Shown here: in pieces, positions 18,616 to 27,667 of the stretch
Layout: each line of letters begins with the position of its first letter
Position numbering within the stretch: position 1 is the first letter of the stretch
Assembly: GCA_903869825.1 (NCBI GenBank)
Contig: CAIQAL010000001.1
Location: 7,185 to 71,184 of the forward strand
DNA length: 64,000 bases
Origin: an uncultured bacterium
Lineage (GTDB): Bacteria; Patescibacteriota; Minisyncoccia; Phycocordibacterales; UBA9973
Reading direction: 5' to 3'
The notes under the pieces: generated by a model
Seen by the model: only the letters and a program-made list of their open reading frames with translations
What the model was told of the DNA's origin: nothing
The model's database searches: none
Made by a program: the position numbers and the translations under genes

Positions 18616-19362
18616 TTAAGCATGTTTTAAGGGCATTCTTTTTTCCTCTTCACTTACATAGAGTCTCCTCCAAAGGATTACTCCCAAAAGAATCAAGATG
18701 AAGAAGAAAATCCATTGTAGTAAGCTCGAAGGCATAAAAGCGTTGCTTCCAAAAATTGCACTTGCCGCTAAGTCTTTTGTTGTCGCGGTAGTGGCATCTT
18801 GTGTGTTTGTTGAATTGGAAGAATTATTTTGGTTAGAGGCTTGAGTGTTGTTGGTTCCATTATTGGTTGTTTGTGTATTATTGGCATAACCGTTGTTGTA
18901 ATTGTCTTTGATGGTGAACGTTACTTGATTTGATATTCCCCCGGCTGGGCTTGGATTAAAAACAGCTACCGAATAGTGAGAGGAATATTGCAAGGCAGTA
19001 GGGTTGAGCTCGGTAGTTAGAGTTCCGGAATTAAGATAGGTAGTCATTAAATCTGTACCGTTAATTCTAATAACTGATCCTTGGATAAAATTATATCCTG
19101 AAACAGTTATTGTTTGGTAAGAATTTCTAGGAACGGAATTTGGGCTGACGTAAGTAACTACCGGGACTGGGTTGACGACGTAATTATTGATATTATTAAC
19201 CGGCGGAGTATATGCTTGGTACCCGACGTAGGTATCACCTTGCCAACCTACTTGGTAATTTGCTTTAATTTGGGTAGCTGGAATAGCCAATAAACTCAAA
19301 GCTATAACAGAGAAAGTAATAAATTTTGGAGCTATTAAATTTTTCATATTTTTAATATTCAT
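18616..19362 (-). CDS. cell-surface protein: signal peptide + IPT/TIG domain + Asn/Thr-rich linker + C-terminal TM anchor
   Basis: YVSPNSVPRNSYQTITVSGYNFIQGSVIRINGTDL is IPT/TIG-like. It is followed by a low-complexity NNGTNNTQASNQNNSSNSTNTQD stretch and a C-terminal IFFFILILLGVILWRRLY hydrophobic anchor. Confidence 0.5.
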   Translation of the reverse strand: MNIKNMKNLIAPKFITFSVIALSLLAIPATQIKANYQVGWQGDTYVGYQAYTPPVNNINNYVVNPVPVVTYVSPNSVPRNSYQTITVSGYNFIQGSVIRINGTDLMTTYLNSGTLTTELNPTALQYSSHYSVAVFNPSPAGGISNQVTFTIKDNYNNGYANNTQTTNNGTNNTQASNQNNSSNSTNTQDATTATTKDLAASAIFGSNAFMPSSLLQWIFFFILILLGVILWRRLYVSEEEKRMPLKHA

Positions 19363-19368
19363 ACCTAT

Positions 19369-19397
19369 AGTATAGCATATACTGATTTAAAAGTCAA
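19369..19397 (-). promoter_or_regulatory. sigma70 promoter (minus strand TTGACT-17-TATACT) ending 7 nt before the ATG of the IPT/TIG gene; candidate leaderless mRNA
   Basis: Minus-strand reading is AACTTGACTtttaaatcagtatatgcTATACTataggtATG. Confidence 0.4.
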
Positions 19398-19414
19398 GTT
19401 AAAAATGGGTATTT

Positions 19415-19441
19415 AAAAAAGCAGTTAAATCTGCCTTTTTT
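19415..19441 (-). terminator. terminator after tRNA cluster (minus strand)
   Basis: AAAAAAGCAGTTAAATCTGCCTTTTTT: GCAG/CTGC stem flanked by A6 and T6. Confidence 0.45.
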
Positions 19442-19442
19442 G

Positions 19443-19524
19443 TGCTGGAGGAGGGACTCGAACCCTCAAGCCTTGCGGCACTAGTTCCTAAGACTAGCGC
19501 GTATACCAATTCCGCCACTCCAGC
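19443..19524 (-). tRNA. tRNA-Leu (anticodon TAG), type II, long variable arm
   Basis: Reverse complement GCTGGAG-TG-GCGGAATTGGTATACGC-...-CTAGT-CTTAGGA-ACTAG-long arm-GGGTTCGAGTCCC-CTCCAGC-A. Acceptor 7 bp; anticodon loop CTTAGGA; CCA not encoded. Confidence 0.8.
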
Positions 19525-19562
19525 AAACATAATTTTATATAAATGTTTTAATTAAACATTTG

Positions 19563-19635
19563 TCCGCCCTGAAGGGATCGAACCTTCGACCTTATCCTTA
19601 AGAGGGATCTGCTCTACCAGCTGAGCTAAGGGCGG
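19563..19635 (-). tRNA. tRNA-Lys (anticodon CTT)
   Basis: Reverse complement CCGCCCT-TA-GCTCAGCTGGTAGAGC-A-GATCC-CTCTTAA-GGATA-AGGTC-GAAGGTTCGATCCCTTC-AGGGCGG-A. Anticodon loop CTCTTAA. Confidence 0.7.
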
Positions 19636-19681
19636 ATAATTAACTTTAACATGAAAATGAAAACAAATCTTATTAAGTTGT

Positions 19682-19763
19682 GTGCCCGGAGTGGGAGTCG
19701 AACCCACATCCCTTGCGAGACACGATTTTAAGTCGTGCGCGTATACCAATTCCGCCATCCGGG
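19682..19763 (-). tRNA. tRNA-Leu (anticodon TAA), type II
   Basis: Reverse complement GCCCGGA-TG-GCGGAATTGGTATACGC-...CACGA-CTTAAAA-TCGTG-long arm-GGGTTCGACTCCC-TCCGGGC-A. Confidence 0.8.
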
Positions 19764-19781
19764 CATTCTTGATTTGGACGG

Positions 19782-19853
19782 GAGGCCTGGGCCGGAATTG
19801 AACCGGCGTATATTCCTTTTGCAGAGGAATGCCTTACCACTTGGCTACCAGGC
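19782..19853 (-). tRNA. tRNA-Cys (anticodon GCA)
   Basis: Reverse complement GGCCTGG-TA-GCCAAGTGGTAAGGC-A-TTCCT-CTGCAAA-AGGAA-...-GCCGGTTCAATTCCGGC-CCAGGCC-T. Confidence 0.75.
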
Positions 19854-19911
19854 CTGAAAAATTTCAAATTTATCTTACTTAACTCCCAAGCTTCAAAAAA
19901 CCTTTTTAATC

Positions 19912-20241
19912 TTAACCGTTTCGCAACAGTTCGTCAATTTTCTGTCGATTCTTTTCTCCTCGATCAATTTCAATTTCAATAAAAGGAACATTTTTCATAT
20001 TCATATTTTTCTTCAAAAATTCGCGTAGTTCTTTTCTTTTTCTTTTAGCAAAAAGAAGAGCGGTATGTTCTTTTTCGTCTGGTAAAACAGTAATAAAGAC
20101 AGTTGAACGTTTTAGGTCGGGGGAGGTGTTACAAGAAATAACAGTTATGAGTGAGGTCCGATTATTTTCCCGGCCCAAAAACTGAGCAGAAAGCTCTTTA
20201 ATTAAATTTGATACCTTTTCGGTTCGGTTGTTTTGTTCCAT
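19912..20241 (-). CDS. rbfA: ribosome-binding factor A
   Basis: 109 aa, in the position immediately downstream of infB. The ...LITVISCNTSPDLKRSTVFITVL... pattern is typical of RbfA. Confidence 0.7.
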   Translation of the reverse strand: MEQNNRTEKVSNLIKELSAQFLGRENNRTSLITVISCNTSPDLKRSTVFITVLPDEKEHTALLFAKRKRKELREFLKKNMNMKNVPFIEIEIDRGEKNRQKIDELLRNG

Positions 20242-21746
20242 TATTTTTGCACCAAAGTAAATGATTCTATAATATCTCCAGCTACGATTTCGATTTTTGA
20301 CTCGATCATCATCCCGAATTCAGAGCCTTCTTCAACAAAAGCTGTTTTTGCTTTGTTTTTTTCTAAATTGACAATTCGTCCATTTCCAATTTCAAAATCT
20401 CGCCTTAAAATTTTTACCACTCCATTTAAGACAATTTTCCCCTCGGAAACTTTTCCTCCAAGGATTTGTCTTTCTTTTGTTCTACTAAAAGCCTTTAAGA
20501 TTTTAGCTTTACCTGTTATCTCGGTTGTTTCCACCCTAAGTCGACGATTGTCCATCTCAATAGCTAGCCATTCGGAAAGCTTATAAATAATGTCAAAATA
20601 TGAAATAGAAATACCACGTTTTTCGGCAAGTTCTCTCGCGCTCCGGTCTGCTTTTACATTAAACCCTATAATAAGTGCATTTTCTGCCGAAGCCACTGCT
20701 TTTACATCCGATTCAAGAATCGTCCCTGCTCCTTTTTGAATTATTCTAAATTCGGTATTTTCGCTTTTTATTTTTCCAATTTCTTTTTCAATTGCTTCAA
20801 GCGAACCAGAAACGTCGGCCTTCAGAACAATCGGAATTATTTTTTTATTTGAATTGTCAGTTCCGGTTGATTTTTCAAAAACAGTATTTTTGGAATTTTC
20901 CGAATATTGCTCTGCTTCTTTTTTATTTTTGAAAGAAACAAATGGAGAACCAATTTGAGGCATTTTATCAAAACCGATTAATCGGACGGGAGACGAGAAA
21001 GTCGCTTCTTTAATATTTTTTCCCAAGAAATTTTCAATTATTCTGGTTGAGCAAATAGATCCTTCTACGACCACTGTCATCCCACTTTTTAGACTTCCAT
21101 TTTTTATTAATAAGGTTGCTTGAATTCCACGTTTTGAATCTAAATTTGCTTCAATGACGAAACCCGAGGCTTCTTTGTCTGGATTTCCATTAAGGTTTTC
21201 CAAATCAGCTAATATCAAAAGAAGCAACAGGAGATTATCAATTCCTTCTCCTGTTTTGGCGGAAATTTCGGCAAAAGGTATTTTTCCTCCATAGTTTTCG
21301 AGGTATATTTCATTCTCAGCCAGTTCCATTTTTGTCTTTTCAATATTTGCTCCTGGTCGGTCGATTTTATTTATTGCAACGATATAGGGAATTTTGTTTT
21401 CGACAATTGTTTTCCAGGCTTCAACCGTCTGGGGCTTTACACCGTCTTCCGCGGAAACAATCAAAACTGCAATGTCGGCAATTTGCGCCCCACGTTCACG
21501 CATTTTTGAAAAAGCTTCATGTCCGGGAGTATCCAAAAAAGTAATTTTCCTATCTTTCCCATTTTCATCCTTCTGGACGACTTCATAAGCGGAGATGTGC
21601 TGAGTAATCCCGCCGGCTTCACCTGCAACAGTGTTGCTTTTTCGAATAAAATCCAGCAAGGTCGATTTTCCGTGGTCAACATGTCCCATCACCACTATTA
21701 CTGGTGGTCGTTCAACTGTATTTTCTTTTGTAATTGTTTTTTCCAT
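20241..21746 (-). CDS. infB: translation initiation factor IF-2 (short form)
   Basis: [18 protein letters not shown]1 motif, [12 protein letters not shown]; 501 aa without a long N-terminal extension. Confidence 0.9.
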   Translation of the reverse strand: MEKTITKENTVERPPVIVVMGHVDHGKSTLLDFIRKSNTVAGEAGGITQHISAYEVVQKDENGKDRKITFLDTPGHEAFSKMRERGAQIADIAVLIVSAEDGVKPQTVEAWKTIVENKIPYIVAINKIDRPGANIEKTKMELAENEIYLENYGGKIPFAEISAKTGEGIDNLLLLLLILADLENLNGNPDKEASGFVIEANLDSKRGIQATLLIKNGSLKSGMTVVVEGSICSTRIIENFLGKNIKEATFSSPVRLIGFDKMPQIGSPFVSFKNKKEAEQYSENSKNTVFEKSTGTDNSNKKIIPIVLKADVSGSLEAIEKEIGKIKSENTEFRIIQKGAGTILESDVKAVASAENALIIGFNVKADRSARELAEKRGISISYFDIIYKLSEWLAIEMDNRRLRVETTEITGKAKILKAFSRTKERQILGGKVSEGKIVLNGVVKILRRDFEIGNGRIVNLEKNKAKTAFVEEGSEFGMMIESKIEIVAGDIIESFTLVQK

Positions 21747-21748
21747 AA

Positions 21749-22204
21749 TTAAACTTGTGCTTTTTTCAAAGCCTGCTTTTCCTCTTCCGATAATTCATAT
21801 TCCGACTTTCCTCCTTTAACCGGTTTGGCAAAAATACTCATTCGTTCTCTTGAATATAAACTCGAAAGCACTACTCCATCACCTTCTTCATTTAACATGC
21901 CGATAGCAAAGCTCTGATTGCTCCCTTGGTCCGGGAAGGGATTGAAGCGCAAAGTTTCTAGCCCTCGGATGCTTTTTTTTAGTTTAAGATTTATTGAAGC
22001 GAGCTCTTTTTCTGTTTCATTTTTTGCTTTGCTCAATCTGGCGATGTCGGTTTCAAGTGAAATCAAAGTGTCTTCCAAATCTTTTGCTTTTTTCCCGATA
22101 AAAAACCTTTTAAGCCTTTTTTCGGTTTTTACTGCCCAAATTGCGTTTATGAGGAGAATAACAAGTATAACGACAAAAAAAGCGATTTGAAGCTTTATAT
22201 TCAT
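21749..22204 (-). CDS. membrane-anchored coiled-coil protein (DUF4446-like), hypothetical
   Basis: N-terminal TM (IAFFVVILVILLINAIWA) followed by a charged coiled-coil region. Confidence 0.35.
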   Translation of the reverse strand: MNIKLQIAFFVVILVILLINAIWAVKTEKRLKRFFIGKKAKDLEDTLISLETDIARLSKAKNETEKELASINLKLKKSIRGLETLRFNPFPDQGSNQSFAIGMLNEEGDGVVLSSLYSRERMSIFAKPVKGGKSEYELSEEEKQALKKAQV

Positions 22205-22231
22205 AGATATTTAATATATACTATTTTTATG

Positions 22232-23446
22232 GAAAAATCAAAGAATATATATCTAGATTATGCTTCTGCTACCCCGATTGATGTGTCTGTAATTGAAGAA
22301 ATAAACAAATCGTTAGTGGAGAATTTTGCTAATCCGGGCTCAATTCATACGCTTGGGATGAATGTTAAAAATAAATTAGAAAAAGTGAGGGGAGAGATTG
22401 CGAAAATTATCGTAGCACACCCCGATGAAATTATTTTTACCTCGGGGGCTACGGAATCAAATAACCTGGCTATCAAGGGGGTTCTTGAAAATTATTTTAA
22501 AAATTTTCAACAGATTCCACACATAGTGACAACAAACATTGAGCATTCTTCTGTATTGGAAGTATATAAATATTTGGAAATAAACAAATTGGCTGAAGTA
22601 ACCTTTGTTCCGGTTGAAAAGAATGGAATTGTGGATTCAAAAAAAATAAAAAAGGCACTGAAATCAAATACAGTTTTAGTGTCAGTTATGTATGCCAATA
22701 ATGAAATTGGGACAATACAGCCAATTCGCGAAATTGCCAAAGAAATTAGACTCTTTCAAAAGACTTTTAAAAACAAAACCTTTCCATTGTTTCATACTGA
22801 TGCCACCCAAGCTGTTAATTATTTGCCAATTGGGGTTGAAAGGTTAGGGATAGATTTAATGTCCTTCAATGGTGGCAAAATTTATGGTCCCAAAGGAGTG
22901 GGGATATTATATGTAAAAAGAAAAACCCCAATAAGTAAAATTTTATTTGGGGGGGGTCAAGAAATAGGGGTAAGGCCCGGTACAGAAAATTTGCCTTTGA
23001 TAATTGGAGTGGCAAAAGCACTGGAAATTACTGAAAAAGTGAAAGAAAAAGAATCAGAACGATTATTAATGCTGAGAAATTATTTTATTAAAGAATTATT
23101 TAATTCCAAAATATTTGCCGAGTATAAAATAATTTTAAATGGAGATTTTATGAATCGCTTGCCGAACAACGTGAATATAACCGTTCCTAAAATTCCAAGT
23201 GATTTGCTAGTTCTTGAGCTTTCGGCCCGTGGAATATACATATCGGAGAAGAGCGCCTGTAAATCCGGTGAGAAAACGAGTTCTTATGTAATTCGGGCTA
23301 TTACTTGCGGGAATAAGACTATTTGCAAAAAAAATGAAGGTTCTTTGCGTTTTTCACTTGGACGAAAAACTACCAAAGCGGACATTGACGATACTCTCAA
23401 ATCATTGGACCTAATTTTAGCTAAATTAAAAAAGTGGTATAATTAA
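22232..23446 (+). CDS. cysteine desulfurase (class V aminotransferase, IscS/NifS-like)
   Basis: IYLDYASATP...FTSGATESNNLAIKG... and SFNGGKIYGPKGVGILYV (the PLP-Lys region). Start taken at the internal ATG 22232 to avoid overlapping the convergent upstream gene. Confidence 0.8.
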   Translation, partial: EKSKNIYLDYASATPIDVSVIEEINKSLVENFANPGSIHTLGMNVKNKLEKVRGEIAKIIVAHPDEIIFTSGATESNNLAIKGVLENYFKNFQQIPHIVTTNIEHSSVLEVYKYLEINKLAEVTFVPVEKNGIVDSKKIKKALKSNTVLVSVMYANNEIGTIQPIREIAKEIRLFQKTFKNKTFPLFHTDATQAVNYLPIGVERLGIDLMSFNGGKIYGPKGVGILYVKRKTPISKILFGGGQEIGVRPGTENLPLIIGVAKALEITEKVKEKESERLLMLRNYFIKELFNSKIFAEYKIILNGDFMNRLPNNVNITVPKIPSDLLVLELSARGIYISEKSACKSGEKTSSYVIRAITCGNKTICKKNEGSLRFSLGRKTTKADIDDTLKSLDLILAKLKKWYN

Positions 23447-23449
23447 TTT

Positions 23450-23893
23450 ATGGAGAACATCTATGAAAAACCAATTATGGAATTGCACCCGCACTTCTTA
23501 AGTTTTTTTGGCAGTTATCTGATGGGTTCAATTTTGGTGATTTCCGGACTCGCATCTTTTGTTTTTTCATTATTCGTTTTAGGAGCCATCGCGATTCTGG
23601 TCGGAGTGATTACTTTTTTATTGACAGAAATTTCTCGGCGGGCAGAGACTTTTTATGTGTTGGATAATGGTGTTGCAAAAGAATATAAAATGTTTTCTAC
23701 CTCCCGTAAATTTGTTGAATATGAAAAAATTCAAGATGTTGAAATAAGCCAGAGTTTTTTGCAAAAGATATTTGGTATAGGACATATAGATTTTGACACG
23801 GCTAGTGTAGAAAAAGTGATAGTAGATTTCAAAAATGTTCGGGATCCTTATAGAATTGAAAAAATAGTTCGAGATAAGATGAAGAAAGAGTAA
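23450..23893 (+). CDS. bacterial PH-domain (bPH_2, YdbS/YdbT-like) membrane protein
   Basis: Two N-terminal TM helices, then FYVLDNGVAKEYKMFSTSRKFVEYEKIQDVEISQSFLQKIFGIGHIDFDTAS. Confidence 0.55.
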   Translation: MENIYEKPIMELHPHFLSFFGSYLMGSILVISGLASFVFSLFVLGAIAILVGVITFLLTEISRRAETFYVLDNGVAKEYKMFSTSRKFVEYEKIQDVEISQSFLQKIFGIGHIDFDTASVEKVIVDFKNVRDPYRIEKIVRDKMKKE

Positions 23894-23936
23894 GAAAGAA
23901 ATTTTGACTAAATAAATAAAGTGATATAATAGAGGC

Positions 23937-24695
23937 ATGGACATGAAAGATTTAAACCAATCACAATTAATATTATTGGCTATTTTAATAAGTTTTATAA
24001 CCTCTATTGCCACAGGAATTGTTACGGTTACCTTATTGCAACAGGCTCCAGCTTCAGTAACAATGCCGATAAATAGAATCGTGAGACAAACAGTTGAAAA
24101 AATAGTTCCTGGGGAAGGAAAGAATACTGTCCAGACAGTTGTAGTAAAAGAGGAAGATTTAGTAGTAGACGCCATTGCCAAAAATGAGTCAGCAGTGTTT
24201 AGTGTGACTAAAGATGGGCTGGATCAAAACGGATCATATGGTGAAGTTTCTGCGGGACGAGGGGTCGCGGTTTCCAGTTCAGGAATTATAGCTGTTGATG
24301 CAAGCCTTGCGCCTGGTAGCGGGAATTATTATGTTAAAAATGGTAGTGGAAAATTTAAAGCAACTTTTCTCTTAGTCGACAAACTCGGATTCTCTCTTTT
24401 AAAGGTAGAGGATTCACTTGATTCAAAAAACAAATTAGCTTATACCAAACCCGTGGCAGGAGATTTGAGTAAAATGAAGGCCGGACAAAAAATAATCTTG
24501 TTTGGCAGTTCAATAGCTTCATTCATTTATGATGGTTCAGATGATTTGAAAATAAGTGTTGCAAAATCAAACGCTGGGGGACTAATACTTGATTTAGATG
24601 GAAATGCTCTTGGGGTTGCTTTATCTGGTGAAAATACTTCTTTTGTTTCAATTTCCGATGTATTTAAAGTATCCGAGGCGTCTCCGAAAGTGTAA
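23937..24695 (+). CDS. membrane-anchored trypsin-like (HtrA/S1C-fold) domain protein, apparently catalytically inactive
   Basis: N-terminal TM. Core aligns to S1C motifs but lacks His and Ser: AVDASL where TNxHV is expected, SNAGGLILDLDGNALGV where GNSGGPL is expected. Confidence 0.4.
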   Translation: MDMKDLNQSQLILLAILISFITSIATGIVTVTLLQQAPASVTMPINRIVRQTVEKIVPGEGKNTVQTVVVKEEDLVVDAIAKNESAVFSVTKDGLDQNGSYGEVSAGRGVAVSSSGIIAVDASLAPGSGNYYVKNGSGKFKATFLLVDKLGFSLLKVEDSLDSKNKLAYTKPVAGDLSKMKAGQKIILFGSSIASFIYDGSDDLKISVAKSNAGGLILDLDGNALGVALSGENTSFVSISDVFKVSEASPKV

Positions 24696-24760
24696 TTCTC
24701 GGATAAATAATTTTGCCCAGAAATCTTGATTATAATTTATAAATTCAGTATTTAATTCAT

Positions 24761-27460
24761 ATGCCACCATTAAATAAATTTACAACCAAAGCAAAGGATG
24801 CCATTAAAAAAGCCCATGAGCTTGCCATTGAGCGTGGGCAAAATCACGTTTCGGCACAGCATTTATTATCGGCGCTACTTTTACAAGATGAAAGTATGGT
24901 TAATTCTATTTTAGATAAACTCGAAGTGGACACTGTGCTTTTGACAGATTCCGTTTTAGAAGCTATTGAAACTCCAGAATCTCGTAGTACCATTTCTCCG
25001 TCATACCAGATTTATTTGAATGCTGATTTTGCTCAAGCAATTGAGCACTCTGTCAAATTGGCTGAATACTTGAAAGATGAATTTGTTTCGACTGAGCACT
25101 TATTCTTAGCTGTTTTAGAGGTTCCGGGAGAGGCAAGTGAAATTTTAGCTCGGCACCGAATATCAAAAGATATAGTGATAAAAGTTTTAGAAGAATTACG
25201 TAGCCAAAATATAAATGAAATAAGTGAGCCAAAAAAATTCAAACTGATTTTGAAATATACGAGGAATCTTACAAAACTTGCGAAAGAAGACAAGCTTGAC
25301 CCAGTGATTGGTCGCGATAATGAAATCACCAGAATAATGCAAATACTTTCTCGTCGCACTAAAAATAATCCGATTTTAATTGGAGAGGCAGGAACGGGGA
25401 AAACTGCAGTAGTAGAAGGATTAGCTCAACGCATTGCCAAAAATAATATACCAGAATCTCTGAAGGACAAAGAGCTTGTTTCACTTGACCTTGGAATGTT
25501 GATTGCGGGTACGAAATACCGGGGAGAGTTTGAAGAAAGACTAAAAGGAATAATGAAAGAAATAGAAAAAGCCGATAGCAAAGTAATTATGTTTATTGAT
25601 GAGATTCATACTATTGTCGGAGCCGGTGGAGGAGAAGGGACAATGGATGCTTCCAATATGTTGAAGCCGGCTCTTTCTCGAGGAGAACTTCGAGCGATCG
25701 GAGCAACTACTTTAAAAGAGTACCAAAAATATATTGAAAAAGATCCAGCCCTGGCTCGAAGATTCCAACCAGTTTATATTGATGAACCTTCGACAGAAGA
25801 CGCAATTACAATTTTGCGGGGATTAAAAGAAAAATATGAACTTTTCCATGGAGTCAGAATTACTGATGATGCAATAGTTTCTGCGGTAAATTTATCCACT
25901 CGTTATATCACAAACAGATTTTTGCCCGACAAGGCGGTTGATTTAATTGACGAAGCTTCTTCATCGCTCAAGATAATGTTGGAAAACAAACCTCCAATTT
26001 TGGAAGATGCGCACCGAAAAATTATGCGTTTGGAAATAGAAAAAGAAGCATTGAAAAAAGAAGTAGAAAACGAAGGAGGAAAAAAAATAAAAACGAGAAT
26101 TAAAGATATCGACAAAGAGATAGGAAACTTACAAGAACAAACAAAAGAGCTAGAACTAAAGTGGCAAAACGAAAAAGGAATCGTTATAGAAATTCGTGCT
26201 ATAAAAAAAGAACTTGAAACATTTCGAATCGATGCTGAAAATGCTGAAATGCACGCTGATCTTTCTAAGGCAGCGGAGATTCGTTACGGAAAAATTCCGA
26301 CTTTGAAAAAAGAACTCGATCTAAAATTAACGCGTTTAAAAAAATTACAGAAATCGAGAAGGATATTGAAAGAAGAAATTACGGCCGAAGATATTGCGGA
26401 AGTGGTGGCACGCTGGACAGGTATTCCACTTTCGAAAATGCTGGAAGAAGAGAGAGCAAAACTTGAAAAAATGGAAGTCGGATTAAATAAAAGAGTGGTG
26501 GGTCAAAATCTGGCGATTGGAAGGGTGGCAGACGTGATTAGACGTTCCCGAGCGGGGATTTCAGACCCTAATCGACCAATCGGTTCCTTTATTTTTTTGG
26601 GTCCTTCCGGAGTTGGTAAAACTGAACTTACGAAAGCCCTTGCCCAGTTTATGTTTAATGACGACCGAGCTTTAATTCGGGTTGATATGTCGGAATATAT
26701 GGAAAAGCATTCTGTCTCAAAATTGATTGGTTCACCTCCTGGCTATGTTGGCTACGAAGAAGCTGGTCAATTGACTGAGGCTGTCCGACACCGACCATAT
26801 TCAGTAGTACTTTTTGATGAAATCGAAAAGGCACATCCGGAAGTATTTAATATGCTGCTTCAAGTAGTTGACGAAGGAAGATTAACAGATGGAAAAGGAA
26901 GAGTAGTGAACTTTAAAAACACTATCATAATTTTAACCTCAAATTTAGGTTCACAATTTGTCGAGAAAATGGAATCAATTGGATTCTCAAATAATTCTGA
27001 AAAACAAGATTACGGCAATATGAAAGAAAAAGTGTTGGAAGCATTGAAAGATAGTTTCCGTCCGGAGTTCTTAAATCGTCTTGATGAAATAATTGTTTTT
27101 GATGTTCTTTCAAAAGAAGCAATAATGGAGATCGTTAGTCTTAGAATTCAAGTTGTCAGAGAAAGACTTAAGGCCAAAGGAATAGGACTTAAAATTTCTG
27201 AAGAAGCTTTGGCATATTTAGGCAAGGAGGGATACAATCCCCACTATGGAGCACGGCCAATTAACCGTCTAATTCAGAGTAAAATTTTGAATCAGGTTGC
27301 TTCTTACATTATTTCAAACGGAGTAAAGAAAGGAGATACAGTGTCGGTTACCGTAAAAGCGGGAGAGCTCTTAATAGAAAAAGATAAGAGTTTGCCCCCT
27401 GGTAAAAGTAAAATCAATAGCTCGTTCGGCGTTCATTCAAATTCACCTAAAAAAGCGTAA
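24761..27460 (+). CDS. clpB: ATP-dependent chaperone ClpB
   Basis: Two AAA+ modules ([15 protein letters not shown]; [15 protein letters not shown]) separated by a long coiled-coil M-domain; 899 aa. Confidence 0.9.
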   Translation: MPPLNKFTTKAKDAIKKAHELAIERGQNHVSAQHLLSALLLQDESMVNSILDKLEVDTVLLTDSVLEAIETPESRSTISPSYQIYLNADFAQAIEHSVKLAEYLKDEFVSTEHLFLAVLEVPGEASEILARHRISKDIVIKVLEELRSQNINEISEPKKFKLILKYTRNLTKLAKEDKLDPVIGRDNEITRIMQILSRRTKNNPILIGEAGTGKTAVVEGLAQRIAKNNIPESLKDKELVSLDLGMLIAGTKYRGEFEERLKGIMKEIEKADSKVIMFIDEIHTIVGAGGGEGTMDASNMLKPALSRGELRAIGATTLKEYQKYIEKDPALARRFQPVYIDEPSTEDAITILRGLKEKYELFHGVRITDDAIVSAVNLSTRYITNRFLPDKAVDLIDEASSSLKIMLENKPPILEDAHRKIMRLEIEKEALKKEVENEGGKKIKTRIKDIDKEIGNLQEQTKELELKWQNEKGIVIEIRAIKKELETFRIDAENAEMHADLSKAAEIRYGKIPTLKKELDLKLTRLKKLQKSRRILKEEITAEDIAEVVARWTGIPLSKMLEEERAKLEKMEVGLNKRVVGQNLAIGRVADVIRRSRAGISDPNRPIGSFIFLGPSGVGKTELTKALAQFMFNDDRALIRVDMSEYMEKHSVSKLIGSPPGYVGYEEAGQLTEAVRHRPYSVVLFDEIEKAHPEVFNMLLQVVDEGRLTDGKGRVVNFKNTIIILTSNLGSQFVEKMESIGFSNNSEKQDYGNMKEKVLEALKDSFRPEFLNRLDEIIVFDVLSKEAIMEIVSLRIQVVRERLKAKGIGLKISEEALAYLGKEGYNPHYGARPINRLIQSKILNQVASYIISNGVKKGDTVSVTVKAGELLIEKDKSLPPGKSKINSSFGVHSNSPKKA

Positions 27461-27507
27461 CGAAAAATTAAAGACCTTCTTGTAAAAACAAGGAGACCTT
27501 TTCGGTG

Positions 27508-27590
27508 TGCGTCGGGTAGGATTCGAACCTACGTAGCCCGAAGGCGACAGATTTACAGTCTGTTGTAATTGACCACTCTACCACCGACGC
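27508..27590 (-). tRNA. tRNA-Tyr (anticodon GTA), type II
   Basis: Reverse complement GCGTCGG-TG-GTAGAGTGGTCAATTAC-...CAGA-CTGTAAA-TCTG-long arm GCCTTCGGGCTAC-GTAGGTTCGAATCCTAC-CCGACGC-A. Confidence 0.75.
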
Positions 27591-27624
27591 ATTTATATAA
27601 AATAACATAAAATAATTTTTTTCG

Positions 27625-27653
27625 CATCTTTTCCCTATATTTTAAGGTATAAT
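27625..27653 (+). promoter_or_regulatory. promoter candidate for P-type ATPase gene (-10 TATAAT at 27648-27653; weak -35)
   Basis: GGTATAATGG sits 14 nt upstream of the ATG at 27668. Confidence 0.25.
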
Positions 27654-27667
27654 GGATTTATCTATAT

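Noticed and set aside
19552-19867. ORF-track entries 19552..19758 and 19673..19867 (minus strand, 64-68 aa)
   Set aside because: They lie entirely on tRNA-Lys, tRNA-Leu and tRNA-Cys genes. Their translations are low-complexity; these are spurious ORFs.
22187-22231. ORF-track start 22187 for cysteine desulfurase
   Set aside because: It overlaps the 3' end of the convergent minus-strand gene 21749..22204. The conserved N-terminus begins at the internal Met (MEKSKNIYLDYASATP), so 22232 is used.
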